Source of the DNA: a virus | Taxonomy: Duplodnaviria > Caudoviricetes | Virus record (IMG/VR): IMGVR_UViG_3300012984_000010 | DNA length: 64,000 bases | Reading direction: 5' to 3' (one strand) | In this document: positions 26,762 through 35,848 of the stretch, one piece after another | How positions within the stretch are numbered: position 1 is the first letter of the stretch | Layout of the letters: each line of letters opens with the position of its first letter | Notes under the pieces: generated by a model | Databases searched by the model: none | The model's input: the letters and a program-made list of their open reading frames with translations, nothing else | What the model was told of the DNA's origin: nothing | Translations under genes and position numbers: made by a program

Positions 26762-27013
26762 TCAACCTCTTTGGCCGAACTCAAACGTAAAAAAGTGGAA
26801 TCCCCACCGCCTAGGTAGCAGCGACCCTGGAACCCGCTTGATCAGTCCAGGCCGGTTACGAAACAGGCCGACAGGGGAAATGTAAGCCCGCCTTCGAAAC
26901 AGGTTCCTGACCTGAGCCTTGAAGATCCACCAAGGACCAATGCGGAAAGGCCAGCAGATAGACCCATCGTCCCGACGTCTGCAGAAGCCGATACGAAGAA
27001 GCAGAGACATCAT
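26762..27013 (-). CDS. Hypothetical Arg/Trp-rich protein
   Basis: ATGA overlap with the upstream stop. Confidence 0.55.
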   Translation of the reverse strand: MMSLLLRIGFCRRRDDGSICWPFRIGPWWIFKAQVRNLFRRRAYISPVGLFRNRPGLIKRVPGSLLPRRWGFHFFTFEFGQRG

Positions 27014-28362
27014 TGATTAGTGTCCTCTTCGTCATCCGCCGAATCGTCTTCGTCTTCCTCCCACCTGCCTTTGATCTTCAACAGCTCGGTGAGGAAGGCG
27101 CGGTGTTCTTTCCAGTTACCTTCTTGGCCGGAGTTGGAGGTGGGGTGCCACTGTCCGTGGATATTGGAGTACGCCCATTGGACGTAGATTGTTTCTGCCA
27201 GATTTCGGACATAATCTCGCAAATCGTCGGGAGAAGTTGAGGTGTCGATCGCGAAACGGAAAGCCTCACGGAAAGAGAATCCAGACACTCCTTCACTGCC
27301 ACGCAAAGAGGCCGCGAAAATGTTCTCACGGGGAGACACGTCGTCGCTTCTTTTAAGGGACAACCTAAACAATCCAGACTCATCGCCCTTGGCCACTAAG
27401 ACCTTCAGTTCTTCTCGGATCGCCAGTTCCTTGTCCAAGGCCGCCACCGCCGACTCCCTGAAACTGTCGATGTTGTAGGAACCCACCCAAGACTTGATGG
27501 GGGTGTTGAGCAAGATTTGCCACACATCCTCACGAATCATCGCTTGGGAGACAGGTCGGGGTTCACGCCAATAGTCCTCGACTTCATGCTGGGTACGGAT
27601 GAATACGTTCGGGTCGGTGCTGGGCAAGGGAGCTACCAGAACCTCAGCCTTGTTGCTGTAGGAGCCTGAACCGGCTGTGAGCATAGCCGCGTACCCTCCC
27701 CCGTGCAGGACCGACAGGATCGATTCCAACCCTTCTTGGACTCCTAGCTCACATCGGCGGATACGGACGAACCCTGTACCCACATCATCGATCAACAGCC
27801 CAGGATCAAAGTTGCCGGCCGACAGCTTTAGGCCAGCATCCGTCAACAGCTTTTCAATACGCTGAAACGTAGGGACCCCCTGTGCCGGCTTGTAGAGGTC
27901 TGGAGTATAGATGGCGGCAAGCCTGGAAGGCTTGCCGGTCAGCTCCTCAAGCTTCTGATCCAGTTCCTTGGCTTCCTTGTACCGGCGGTTCTGAGCTCGA
28001 CTGTCGTCAACTTTTACCCGTCCTTCCCACAAGGCGTTGAGCCAACTATCTTGATCCATGTCGGTTCGGACTGCAGGATCGTGACAAGAATTGTCACCAA
28101 CTCCGATCTCGACCGCAGATAACGCCAAGCCTTCGAAAAACACCCTTGTGGTGAAGGATTGCTCAATCCTCTCTACTGAGCCGTAATCGTTGTACTGACC
28201 CTTGATTGGGACTCCGTGGAGTTGCCAGCGGCCGGTGACGTAGCATTCGTGCCCGTTACCGTCAGGAGAGAAGGCATTCCTGGCAAGGGCTAGGAAGCGG
28301 ACCGGCGTCCCAGCCTCGATCGGAAGATTGGAGACGATGCAGGTGGCGTTGAAAGAACCCAT
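27010..28362 (-). CDS. Hypothetical protein, 450 aa
   Basis: Long ORF; class B motif 9 nt before ATG; MGSFNATC..SNLPI. Confidence 0.8.
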   Translation of the reverse strand: MGSFNATCIVSNLPIEAGTPVRFLALARNAFSPDGNGHECYVTGRWQLHGVPIKGQYNDYGSVERIEQSFTTRVFFEGLALSAVEIGVGDNSCHDPAVRTDMDQDSWLNALWEGRVKVDDSRAQNRRYKEAKELDQKLEELTGKPSRLAAIYTPDLYKPAQGVPTFQRIEKLLTDAGLKLSAGNFDPGLLIDDVGTGFVRIRRCELGVQEGLESILSVLHGGGYAAMLTAGSGSYSNKAEVLVAPLPSTDPNVFIRTQHEVEDYWREPRPVSQAMIREDVWQILLNTPIKSWVGSYNIDSFRESAVAALDKELAIREELKVLVAKGDESGLFRLSLKRSDDVSPRENIFAASLRGSEGVSGFSFREAFRFAIDTSTSPDDLRDYVRNLAETIYVQWAYSNIHGQWHPTSNSGQEGNWKEHRAFLTELLKIKGRWEEDEDDSADDEEDTNQ

Positions 28363-28371
28363 CCGTCTTCA

Positions 28372-28388
28372 TACACCGTGATGGTGTA
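28372..28388. promoter_or_regulatory. Divergent class B motif pair
   Basis: TACACC-N5-GGTGTA; 9 nt to ATG on both sides. Confidence 0.8.
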
Positions 28389-28397
28389 TAGGGGGCG

Positions 28398-29441
28398 ATG
28401 ATCAAATTCATTGTTGATGAGATGGCTAACCAGAAGCGGGCCTCCAAACCCATTTGGAGAGCTGAGAACGGCCTGTCAGTACCCAAGACTATCCAACGAG
28501 TCCTTAGAGGGAATGTGCCTGAGGCGTACGGAGCCAATCTGCCAGATATCATCCCTGCCCGCTCACACGCCTTGATCGAGGCGATGACGCTCGCCTACGA
28601 GGATCACTATCCGCTCGTCTTGAGTCCCGACGATATCTGGATGGTTCTTTCTCAGAGCTTTGCCAAACACGTGGATCAAAACGCCGAGAAGCTTCGCCAC
28701 CAGTTCGTCCAGCATGAAGGAAAGGTGAAGATTGTCTGGCGGAACGATTCCTTGGTCAAAGGATCACCAGACAACAACTGGATGGACGGCTTCCACTTCT
28801 TTGCCGACAAGATCAAAGAACACATCGGTAAGAAACACGACCTGCTGACCGCCAATTTCACCACCTCGGGCCCAATTGAGATTGCTGCTTCTCAGGTGGT
28901 GTTGATGGAAGCGATGAAGCATTACTTCGAGTACGGGGTAATGACCATGTGCGGAATCCCAGAAATCACGCTCCTGGGAGAGACCTCCGATTGGCAGAGC
29001 ATCCGTAATCGTGTACAGACATTTGCCGAATTCAATGGATTGGCTGCGTGGAGCAACCGGTTGGACCCAATCCTGGCTGAGTTCGTCAACGCCTCTCAGG
29101 GAAATATCAACCAAGCCTTTTGGAAGGATATCTACAAGGTAGATCATGCAGGCAGCGGAGGACCAGACATCAGTGGTTGGGCCAACGCATTGTTCCTCTA
29201 CATCGAGAGCTACAGAAGAGGTGTACAACTGAACCCTGTTGCCCTCGATCCTAATTCTGATGATTACCCTAGCTCTGGCATGTACCCCTCCGGCATCTCA
29301 GCTGTGCCGTTCGAATGGGAGTACTACGCTGCGAAGTACGACTACGAATTCCTAGCTGGGTTCGTAGGGATTCACCAAGATCCTGAGACGTTGGCGGTTA
29401 GAGCTGGGCTGGGTTGGGCCGTCCGAGAAGCTGCCAAGTGA
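28398..29441 (+). CDS. DUF4419 family protein
   Basis: AY..HYPLVLSPDDIW....Q.FA.HV..NAEKLR..FV.HEGK, FTT, CGIPEITLLGE..DW. Confidence 0.8.
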   Translation: MIKFIVDEMANQKRASKPIWRAENGLSVPKTIQRVLRGNVPEAYGANLPDIIPARSHALIEAMTLAYEDHYPLVLSPDDIWMVLSQSFAKHVDQNAEKLRHQFVQHEGKVKIVWRNDSLVKGSPDNNWMDGFHFFADKIKEHIGKKHDLLTANFTTSGPIEIAASQVVLMEAMKHYFEYGVMTMCGIPEITLLGETSDWQSIRNRVQTFAEFNGLAAWSNRLDPILAEFVNASQGNINQAFWKDIYKVDHAGSGGPDISGWANALFLYIESYRRGVQLNPVALDPNSDDYPSSGMYPSGISAVPFEWEYYAAKYDYEFLAGFVGIHQDPETLAVRAGLGWAVREAAK

Positions 29442-29815
29442 CAACCGTCAACCTCTGGATGGTTCACGACAATTTGGCGGGACTCATCATTCCCGCCAAA
29501 AGCGGGGTGACCTATACCCAACAGGCGTGCGGCCTAAGTTGCCAACATCCAGAACTGGAGGGCTCCTACGTCCCCTGCGTGTACCATTTCAACGAAATCC
29601 CCCACGTCGGCTGTACGATGTCGTTGGGCAGTGCAGAGGCCGTTGAGCTGAACGATTTCTTTGAGAAGAGTCACGCTTATCGAGGTCTGACGGTAGACCC
29701 TGGCATGCTTAAGGAAAGCATGGAAGCCTGGATCTGGGTCTTGGTGGGACCCGATTATCAGGTGTTGGACGGCTATACAGGTCCAGCCGTTTTGACGTAC
29801 CCTAACTGCGATTGA
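29438..29815 (+). CDS. Hypothetical protein (DUF6210-like)
   Basis: LII...SGV.Y.QQ.CG..C.HP.LEG.YVP; GTGA start 29438. Confidence 0.55.
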   Translation: MTTVNLWMVHDNLAGLIIPAKSGVTYTQQACGLSCQHPELEGSYVPCVYHFNEIPHVGCTMSLGSAEAVELNDFFEKSHAYRGLTVDPGMLKESMEAWIWVLVGPDYQVLDGYTGPAVLTYPNCD

Positions 29816-30155
29816 CTCGCCAGTTATATCTCATGTGGTTGTGGGCCGTCCAGTAATTCTGGCTGTAGTCCTCGGTATTGAGACCCTTGTCTCCCACGTA
29901 GATCACCACTGCCGCCGCTTCGAACGGATCCTCGACTGAGCGGACGATTCGGTTGAACATCCAATTCAGATCCCGACGACGGTCTCCGTCCAGATCGTAG
30001 TACCTAGCAATGATCAGTTGACTCAAGCACCAAAGATCTTTGGTGCGTTGATCGCACTGCCAAGTTGCAGGCTGACCTTCCCGCAATTTGGCCTCGTAGG
30101 TGTCTCGTAAAGGTTCGAGTAACTCTCGAACCAAGTGGGCGTTGTATGATTCCAT
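29802..30155 (-). CDS. Hypothetical protein
   Basis: TGATG coupling gives start MESYNAH at 30155. Confidence 0.6.
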   Translation of the reverse strand: MESYNAHLVRELLEPLRDTYEAKLREGQPATWQCDQRTKDLWCLSQLIIARYYDLDGDRRRDLNWMFNRIVRSVEDPFEAAAVVIYVGDKGLNTEDYSQNYWTAHNHMRYNWRVNRS

Positions 30156-30397
30156 CAATGGTCCGTGGCGGCCAACAACTTTTTGAAGTGCTGGATCTGC
30201 AGGTCCAATCCTTGGGCTGGACACTTGTCGTAATGACGTCCCTGGATCGATAGCTCGGGATCGTAGATCCCGCAACCTTTGCAGCTCCAGTAGGGGTTAC
30301 TACCACGGGCAGGTCTACGGAACGATTCTTGGCGCAATTCGAGGCCAGAGATGCGTTGTCGGAGACGCTCCCGCTGGGGGATGTGATTCTTTTTCAC
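30155..30397 (-). CDS. Hypothetical Zn-binding protein
   Basis: CKGCG...H...C. Confidence 0.65.
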   Translation of the reverse strand: MKKNHIPQRERLRQRISGLELRQESFRRPARGSNPYWSCKGCGIYDPELSIQGRHYDKCPAQGLDLQIQHFKKLLAATDH

Positions 30398-30400
30398 GAG

Positions 30401-30568
30401 TTACTCCCAGCCCTGAAGGGCCAGACGGGCCTCTTCACGCTTGGCCTCGCGATTGCGTTGACGTTTCACCCGTTGATTGGAACGACTGATGCGACCCGTC
30501 CAATCTCTGGACGAACGGGTCGCTTCTTCCTCGTGACAACGGTTAGCTAGTTTGCGGTATTGGTTCAT
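30401..30568 (-). CDS. Small Arg-rich protein, 55 aa (not in ORF track)
   Basis: MNQYRKLANRCHEEEATRSS...; class A promoter 5 nt before ATG. Confidence 0.65.
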   Translation of the reverse strand: MNQYRKLANRCHEEEATRSSRDWTGRISRSNQRVKRQRNREAKREEARLALQGWE

Positions 30569-30573
30569 GCTCA

Positions 30574-30601
30574 TAGAACGGAACCTTTGGTTTGGAATTA
30601 A
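30574..30601 (-). promoter_or_regulatory. Class A promoter
   Basis: TTAAT-N15-CCGTTCTA-N5-ATG(30568). Confidence 0.8.
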
Positions 30602-30810
30602 GCAGTTTCTTCCAATTCAACCGGCCCATAGAAACAAGCGGGCGATCCCTGGAGCCGTCTCAAGGGAAATGTGGAGAGATACCCGATGTAGTATAGGCCG
30701 TTGGGTTCTTGGCGGATCTCCACCAACTCAGGCCTCAAGTCTGAGTGTCGTTGGCAGATGTATCGCCCAGGCCGGTCTGGGAAGGGGCAAGGCTTCAGGT
30801 GTTCCATCAC
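30598..30810 (-). CDS. Hypothetical protein
   Basis: GTGA overlap. Confidence 0.6.
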   Translation of the reverse strand: MMEHLKPCPFPDRPGRYICQRHSDLRPELVEIRQEPNGLYYIGYLSTFPLRRLQGSPACFYGPVELEETA

Positions 30811-30986
30811 TTACCCCCATAGCCGTTTGCCGGTCCCTCGTTCCAGACTTTCTTGTGGCTCATCGTGAAGTCTCGGCGGAGAAGACCTTGCCTCTGAAGC
30901 CTCCTACGGTTCCAATTCGTGACTCGTTGGCGCCGACAAGCCTTGGCACCCCGATATTGTTCGTAAGCCATTTCGAACTTTTTCAT
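30807..30986 (-). CDS. Small Arg-rich protein
   Basis: ATG 30986 (MKKFEMAY) preferred. Confidence 0.5.
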   Translation of the reverse strand: MKKFEMAYEQYRGAKACRRQRVTNWNRRRLQRQGLLRRDFTMSHKKVWNEGPANGYGGK

Positions 30987-31002
30987 GGTATTCCTGGATT
31001 GT

Positions 31003-31281
31003 TCAAGATTGGGTACAGGTAGCGCACAGAATGCTGCCTGGTTCGGCTGGATCGTCGTCGCATCCAGCACAACGTGGAGGTTCCCCCTGTTCGATCGAAC
31101 GAGCGATATGTTCACAGCTGATCTCGAAATCGAACTTGGTGGTACCATTCCAATCAGTCGTGTATTCCGCGGCAGCGTTGCGGAATACACTCGCCATTCT
31201 AATACGCTCAGCTTGGATCGCTTGAGCGACGGCCTGTTGGACCAATTCTTGGATCTGTTGTTCGGTCATGGGTTGCTCCAT
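31003..31281 (-). CDS. Hypothetical protein with C-terminal Zn finger
   Basis: CAGC...CATC; class A promoter upstream. Confidence 0.7.
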   Translation of the reverse strand: MEQPMTEQQIQELVQQAVAQAIQAERIRMASVFRNAAAEYTTDWNGTTKFDFEISCEHIARSIEQGEPPRCAGCDDDPAEPGSILCATCTQS

Positions 31282-31289
31282 TCGACCTA

Positions 31290-31317
31290 TAGAACGGATT
31301 CAACAATCTAGAGTTAA
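31290..31317 (-). promoter_or_regulatory. Class A promoter
   Basis: TTAAC-N15-CCGTTCTA-N8-ATG(31281). Confidence 0.75.
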
Positions 31318-31326
31318 GGAATCCGT

Positions 31327-31803
31327 CTACTCTTCTTCATTTTCGGCCCAACCTACATCTTCTGGGTCGACGTCCCAGCCAGCCTGACAGGCCAACTGGA
31401 TCACTTGCTTGAGCGGGTCCTCACCGGCTGGAGTGTGTTTGGCCAACCAAGCGACGATCCGAAGACCGTCCAATTCCGCATGCCTGATGGCGTTGCGGTC
31501 CGCACCAGCTTGGAGCAGTTCACGAGGATCTTTCCAGTTTTGTTGATCTCTGAGTTGACGCTCATAGTCTTGTTGAGCATCACGATATTCCCAAGTGCGT
31601 CCGAAATCTTCCTCTTTGGGCGGGACAGGAGGAGCTGGCTTCTTGGTAGGTGGCTCGGGCCTGAGTCCGTATAGCTCATTGATAGCCCGCATTTCATCGC
31701 GGGTCAGGGCGAGGGCACCGAAGGTTTGGGCACCCAGCAATTGGGCCAAAGCGGCCGCCCTGGGGGTGGTGGCCATACTGGTTGGGGTCTTGGGACGTTT
31801 CAT
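31327..31803 (-). CDS. Hypothetical protein
   Basis: ORF; ATG 31803. Confidence 0.7.
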   Translation of the reverse strand: MKRPKTPTSMATTPRAAALAQLLGAQTFGALALTRDEMRAINELYGLRPEPPTKKPAPPVPPKEEDFGRTWEYRDAQQDYERQLRDQQNWKDPRELLQAGADRNAIRHAELDGLRIVAWLAKHTPAGEDPLKQVIQLACQAGWDVDPEDVGWAENEEE

Positions 31804-31810
31804 GAGATTC

Positions 31811-32035
31811 CTACGCGGCAACGAGTCGATTGGCCTGTGGGCCGGTCAAAGTCTCATACCCCCAAGGGGCACGAATGGTGATGGTAACGTGTTGAGGGTT
31901 GGAGAAGATGATGGCCTGCACCAGCACCTCTTGAGGAATTTGGCCCACCATGGGGGCATAATAGGCTGATTCTCCGTCTTTGATCAGATCCCCAGATCGG
32001 GTGATATAACCACCACACATTCCTTCGAACATCAT
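31811..32035 (-). CDS. Hypothetical protein
   Basis: ORF in operon. Confidence 0.6.
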   Translation of the reverse strand: MMFEGMCGGYITRSGDLIKDGESAYYAPMVGQIPQEVLVQAIIFSNPQHVTITIRAPWGYETLTGPQANRLVAA

Positions 32036-32044
32036 AGTCTCCGA

Positions 32045-32290
32045 TCAGAGAGGTTGAGCACCGAAGTCGACCAACACCTGTTCACGTTCCCACGAATGTG
32101 CTCCAAAGCCGGGGGCGATCACATTCCTATGTCCGCAGAAGAAGGCCACCAAGCGCCCTTCTGGGGTGAGTACGTTGGCACCGTTACCGTACGACTTAGC
32201 GCTCAGGCACGCCTCGAACAAGGTGTGTCCCTCAGACTTGAGACCCTGATTGTCGAGAGCTACGCGGTACTGCCTGTTGTGGTCGGTCAT
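32045..32290 (-). CDS. Hypothetical protein
   Basis: Class A promoter 7 nt before ATG. Confidence 0.7.
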   Translation of the reverse strand: MTDHNRQYRVALDNQGLKSEGHTLFEACLSAKSYGNGANVLTPEGRLVAFFCGHRNVIAPGFGAHSWEREQVLVDFGAQPL

Positions 32291-32297
32291 ACCCCCC

Positions 32298-32325
32298 TAG
32301 AACGGATACGTCTTGAGACAATTAA
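32298..32325 (-). promoter_or_regulatory. Class A promoter
   Basis: TTAAT-N15-CCGTTCTA-N7-ATG(32290). Confidence 0.8.
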
Positions 32326-32813
32326 GGGAAAGGTAACAACAAAAGATCGTATCGTGACGATCTCTCCACAGGAACGATCGGCGGCTGTGGAGTAGGTTTC
32401 GACACCCCCTGTTCGGAAATGGGGTAGATGATACTTCCAATGGGAATTTCCATTGAAATAGCTTCTGGGTTGTCGATGAACCGGAAATCGATCATGGCTT
32501 GCCACGTGTGCTGATCTCGCCTTGCCATCCACCCATTGGCAACACAATGTTGCCAATGGTCTGCCCTGGAATTCAGACGGTAGATGGGTGCGCTATCGGG
32601 CGCCATAAGGGCAACCAAATCCCCTAACATGAGAGGAACAGCCCTCATCTCGTCATGGCCTACGATGGTTTGAACAAATATGGTACGTCCCTGTAGGTCG
32701 TGGACTACAAGTGGGCTGTGGACTACAAGTGGGCCGTTAGTGTGTTCCGCCCTTAGACGGATCGACGATATCAGATGCTGGAAGTCCTCATTTCGGATCA
32801 CATAGGACGCCAT
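32322..32813 (-). CDS. Hypothetical protein with C-terminal SRYxLL tag
   Basis: Ends PTPQPPIVPVERSSRYDLLLLPFP; GGTGTC variant motif 8 nt before ATG. Confidence 0.7.
   Translation of the reverse strand: MASYVIRNEDFQHLISSIRLRAEHTNGPLVVHSPLVVHDLQGRTIFVQTIVGHDEMRAVPLMLGDLVALMAPDSAPIYRLNSRADHWQHCVANGWMARRDQHTWQAMIDFRFIDNPEAISMEIPIGSIIYPISEQGVSKPTPQPPIVPVERSSRYDLLLLPFP
32700..32734. repeat. In-frame 18-nt tandem duplication
   Basis: GTGGACTACAAGTGGGC-T-GTGGACTACAAGTGGGC, encoding PLVVHS-PLVVHD on -. Confidence 0.9.
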
Positions 32814-32861
32814 AGGAAATAGACACCGGGGCCACTTCGTTCGGAAGGGCCCCGCTACATC

Positions 32862-33446
32862 TCACATCGAGGCTTGCAAGCTCGCCTTACGGATCCGATC
32901 CATGGCACGGCTGTGCAGCTGGCTGATTCGGGGTTCCGATACCCCCATCTGGAGCGAAAGGTCCTTGAATTTCACGCCTTTCATGTAGTGTTGGGTGATG
33001 ATGTAGCGCTCACGTTCGGGTAGCTGTTCGATCACCTCGGAAATCTGTTCCATCAATGCTTTGAGGTGTAGAGTCTCCTCCGAATGGCCTGCTTCCTGCA
33101 GGCACTTGTTCTGCTCATACTCCGAGACGTCATCGAACCGAACCACAGCAGGCACACTGGAGTTACTGTCGATCGACAAGGCCTTGCGGGCCCGACGGGG
33201 CAACCAGTCCTGGTGCCGTAGCTCGTCCAAGATGGCGCCACGGACGCGAACACGGACGTACCACTCGAAGCCTTCCGCTGGCGTCTGGTCTTGCTTGCGA
33301 ACCGCATCCCACAAGCCACTCATGCCGGCGGCGATCAGGTCTTCGCGAAGGACATGGCAAGGAACCTTGCGTTGGAAGGCCCCCGCTATTTGGCGGACCA
33401 AGGGTTCGTATTGGGCGATCAGAGCTTGATGATTGACGTTTTGCAT
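32862..33446 (-). CDS. RNA polymerase sigma factor, FliA/WhiG (sigma-28) family
   Basis: Y.PLVR.IA, EDLI.AGM.GLWDAV, FEWY...RVRGAILDELR..DWLPR, LPERER.II..HY.....FK.L...MGVSEPRISQLHSRA. Confidence 0.9.
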   Translation of the reverse strand: MQNVNHQALIAQYEPLVRQIAGAFQRKVPCHVLREDLIAAGMSGLWDAVRKQDQTPAEGFEWYVRVRVRGAILDELRHQDWLPRRARKALSIDSNSSVPAVVRFDDVSEYEQNKCLQEAGHSEETLHLKALMEQISEVIEQLPERERYIITQHYMKGVKFKDLSLQMGVSEPRISQLHSRAMDRIRKASLQASM

Positions 33447-33503
33447 TTTGATATTTCTTACTTGAGACGCTCAAGGTTCGTTTGAGCGTCGTGTCATGTA
33501 CCG

Positions 33504-33531
33504 TAGAACGGAAGCCCTCAGGTTAACTTAA
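33504..33531 (-). promoter_or_regulatory. Class A promoter upstream of the sigma gene
   Basis: TTAAG-N15-CCGTTCTA-N6-ATG(33497, 8-codon uORF MTRRSNEP), about 50 nt before the sigma ATG. Confidence 0.75.
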
Positions 33532-33541
33532 GGGGTCTGGA

Positions 33542-33811
33542 TCACTTTTCCAACAAATCTTGGATCACTGCGTTGAGGTATTCAGATTGAGGAGTGTTGG
33601 TGCTGTAATTCTGGTACAGTGTCAATGCCCCTTGGAGCCGGATGAAAGCGGTCTCAGCCTTCTTGAAGTCGATGAAGCTGACTCGTACCAGACCTTTGTC
33701 GTTCAACGAACCGTCTTCATTGACCGGCATACAGCTGAGACGTACTTCGTTCTGCTCCAGCAACATCACTAAACTGGCCTTGGAAGTTCGGTGAGAATTG
33801 ATGATGGTCAT
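33542..33811 (-). CDS. Hypothetical protein
   Basis: Class A promoter 6 nt before ATG. Confidence 0.75.
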   Translation of the reverse strand: MTIINSHRTSKASLVMLLEQNEVRLSCMPVNEDGSLNDKGLVRVSFIDFKKAETAFIRLQGALTLYQNYSTNTPQSEYLNAVIQDLLEK

Positions 33812-33817
33812 GGCTGA

Positions 33818-33845
33818 TAGAACGGATGCCAGGTCTAAGGATTAA
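33818..33845 (-). promoter_or_regulatory. Class A promoter
   Basis: TTAAT-N15-CCGTTCTA-N6-ATG(33811). Confidence 0.8.
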
Positions 33846-34056
33846 CCTGTTTCCCATTCCGATCAACAAGTCGGAAGAATTTTCCGTCTCGGAACCGGAC
33901 CAGGAAGCCGACCCGCCAATCAGGATTGTTGGTTTCGATCAAATCCTCGAACCACACCTTGGCCGCTTTCTTGCTAGAGAACACCAACGGTTCACCCAGA
34001 AGATAAAAATCCCGCCAGGTACTTCCGTCCACACTGTCTTGAACTATTGTTCGCAT
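33835..34056 (-). CDS. Hypothetical protein
   Basis: Class A promoter 6 nt before ATG. Confidence 0.75.
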   Translation of the reverse strand: MRTIVQDSVDGSTWRDFYLLGEPLVFSSKKAAKVWFEDLIETNNPDWRVGFLVRFRDGKFFRLVDRNGKQVNP

Positions 34057-34062
34057 GGTCGG

Positions 34063-34090
34063 TAGAACGGAATCAGCTACGGGAAGTTAA
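34063..34090 (-). promoter_or_regulatory. Class A promoter
   Basis: TTAAC-N15-CCGTTCTA-N6-ATG(34056). Confidence 0.8.
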
Positions 34091-34665
34091 CCCTCAGCTT
34101 GGAGCAAATAGTCCAGCCGCTGCCAAGACCACTCACAGAGGCCTGGCCGCCATACCGCCGCTCGAAAGGTGGCTGCTTCCTGACGGTACATTTTGAACAA
34201 GTGGGGGTAATTGACGGAGGATTGTAAGACATTTGCCATACGATCACAGGTCTTAACGACCAACACAATCTGATCGACGACCAACGAGGCTTGGAGCTTC
34301 CCAAGCCGGTCATAAAGAGCCGCCTTACGTTCCTTGCGACTCTTCCCAGGAGGGTCAGCCAAGAGGTTCGCACAAGCCGCCACCGTGGCGCCTAACTTGG
34401 CTTCCACGGCATCTTGCGACACCTCGGTGTCTTCAAGGATGTCGTGAATGTAGGCAGTCGCCACCGCATCCTCCAACGTCCCGAAAATCATCTGAGCATT
34501 CCCGATCTTGGACAGACAGGTGTGATACTCGTACATCACCAGATCGGCCACCTCGTCCAGATGTACGGCATATGGCAGATCTCCGTACTGTTGGGTTCCG
34601 TGGGCCTGGATGGCGAATTCACGGGCGGAGATGATAGTTTGGATTAATGTCATTGGAATTTTCAA
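34087..34665 (-). CDS. Second Mesh1/SpoT-like HD hydrolase
   Basis: AREFA..AHG.Q.YG..PY..HL..VA, AYIHDILEDT, LL.DPPGK.RKERK, VKTCDR.ANV. Confidence 0.85.
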   Translation of the reverse strand: MKIPMTLIQTIISAREFAIQAHGTQQYGDLPYAVHLDEVADLVMYEYHTCLSKIGNAQMIFGTLEDAVATAYIHDILEDTEVSQDAVEAKLGATVAACANLLADPPGKSRKERKAALYDRLGKLQASLVVDQIVLVVKTCDRMANVLQSSVNYPHLFKMYRQEAATFRAAVWRPGLCEWSWQRLDYLLQAEG

Positions 34666-34976
34666 TCGTCACGGTAAGTGCCTCGTAAGAGGCTTTCCAT
34701 TTTAGCGATACGGTAAAAATGGGAATCGATCGACTTATCCGTTGCCGATAGGATGGCTGACTCCCAATCGTTCTCTACCGAATAAGGGCCGTCATCCACT
34801 TTGGCGCCCCACTGCCGGCTGTTCCATTTCCAGAGAACGACTCGGGGGCTGGAGAAACCGTAGGTTTCGTAGCGGACCAACTCTCTTTGATGGGGTTCGA
34901 CCTTGTGTAGGCGCAACCCTCCGAAAAATAGAGTCTCCGGATAGACACCCTCTTTGGTCTCAACTTCCATCAGCAC
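34662..34976 (-). CDS. Hypothetical protein
   Basis: ORF in operon. Confidence 0.65.
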   Translation of the reverse strand: MLMEVETKEGVYPETLFFGGLRLHKVEPHQRELVRYETYGFSSPRVVLWKWNSRQWGAKVDDGPYSVENDWESAILSATDKSIDSHFYRIAKMESLLRGTYRDD

Positions 34977-35442
34977 TCATCTCGACTGACAATTTGTCCA
35001 AGAAGCCTTCTGGATCGGCCTCTACACTTGCAAGAGTCATCCACTGGTTGGGGCCCGTCCGTTCGAACCCCAGATGATCTTTGAAGAGTTTTCGATACAA
35101 GACTTTGATCTTGGCCGGCTGTTCTGGGAACTCGTCCGATAGGAACACAACTTCCAGGTGGTTGGTTGCGCCATCCCCAACGGTAAGCCGTACATCACCG
35201 TATACGGCCACTCCCGCCCGATTGGACTTGACCTTACCCGTAACCCCCAAGACCTTCTGGAGGCGCTTCAGGAAGCTCCTACCGTCCCTGTGGAAGCTAT
35301 CTTTGGTCTGAGCGACGCCACCTTTTAGGGCTACGGGAAGGATCAGGTTCGACATGGGAGATTGAACGGATTGCTCTAAACATTCCTGAAGTTCGGCACT
35401 CTCAAGGTCTGCCGCATCAAGGATGCTTGCCAAATGTTGCAT
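34960..35442 (-). CDS. Hypothetical protein
   Basis: Class A promoter 6 nt before ATG; KSNRAGVAVYGDV. Confidence 0.75.
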   Translation of the reverse strand: MQHLASILDAADLESAELQECLEQSVQSPMSNLILPVALKGGVAQTKDSFHRDGRSFLKRLQKVLGVTGKVKSNRAGVAVYGDVRLTVGDGATNHLEVVFLSDEFPEQPAKIKVLYRKLFKDHLGFERTGPNQWMTLASVEADPEGFLDKLSVEMSADGS

Positions 35443-35448
35443 GCCCTA

Positions 35449-35476
35449 TAGAACGGGCCTCAGCTGGGAAAGTTAA
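35449..35476 (-). promoter_or_regulatory. Class A promoter
   Basis: TTAAC-N15-CCGTTCTA-N6-ATG(35442). Confidence 0.8.
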
Positions 35477-35841
35477 CCCCTGTTGAATAGGCTGAGAATC
35501 GAGGCCGCTTTGAGCTCCATCTGGGCTTTCTCATCGAGCAAAAATTCGCCCAACTTCTTCAGATCTTGGTGGAATTCTTCTAAAGCCCATTGGGGCCCCA
35601 CCATCCCTGATCCGTCTGCTTTTCGTCGAATGATCGCCAGAAACAGCTCTTCAGGCTTCAGCCCAGCTTCTTGAAGCTTCATTGTAAAAAGATGACTGTC
35701 GATCAATAGTCCCAATTGGCTGATCTTTTGTGCCAACGGCAGGGCTTGGCGAGCCTTGGTCAACTCAGCCAGCAACTCTTTCAGTTGCTCATCTTGGGTT
35801 GCATCATGGAGCGTCTGCAGTTCGGCGTCAGAAATAGGCAT
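35473..35841 (-). CDS. Hypothetical protein
   Basis: ATG 35841 (MPISDAEL) preferred. Confidence 0.65.
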   Translation of the reverse strand: MPISDAELQTLHDATQDEQLKELLAELTKARQALPLAQKISQLGLLIDSHLFTMKLQEAGLKPEELFLAIIRRKADGSGMVGPQWALEEFHQDLKKLGEFLLDEKAQMELKAASILSLFNRG

Positions 35842-35848
35842 ATGGCCC

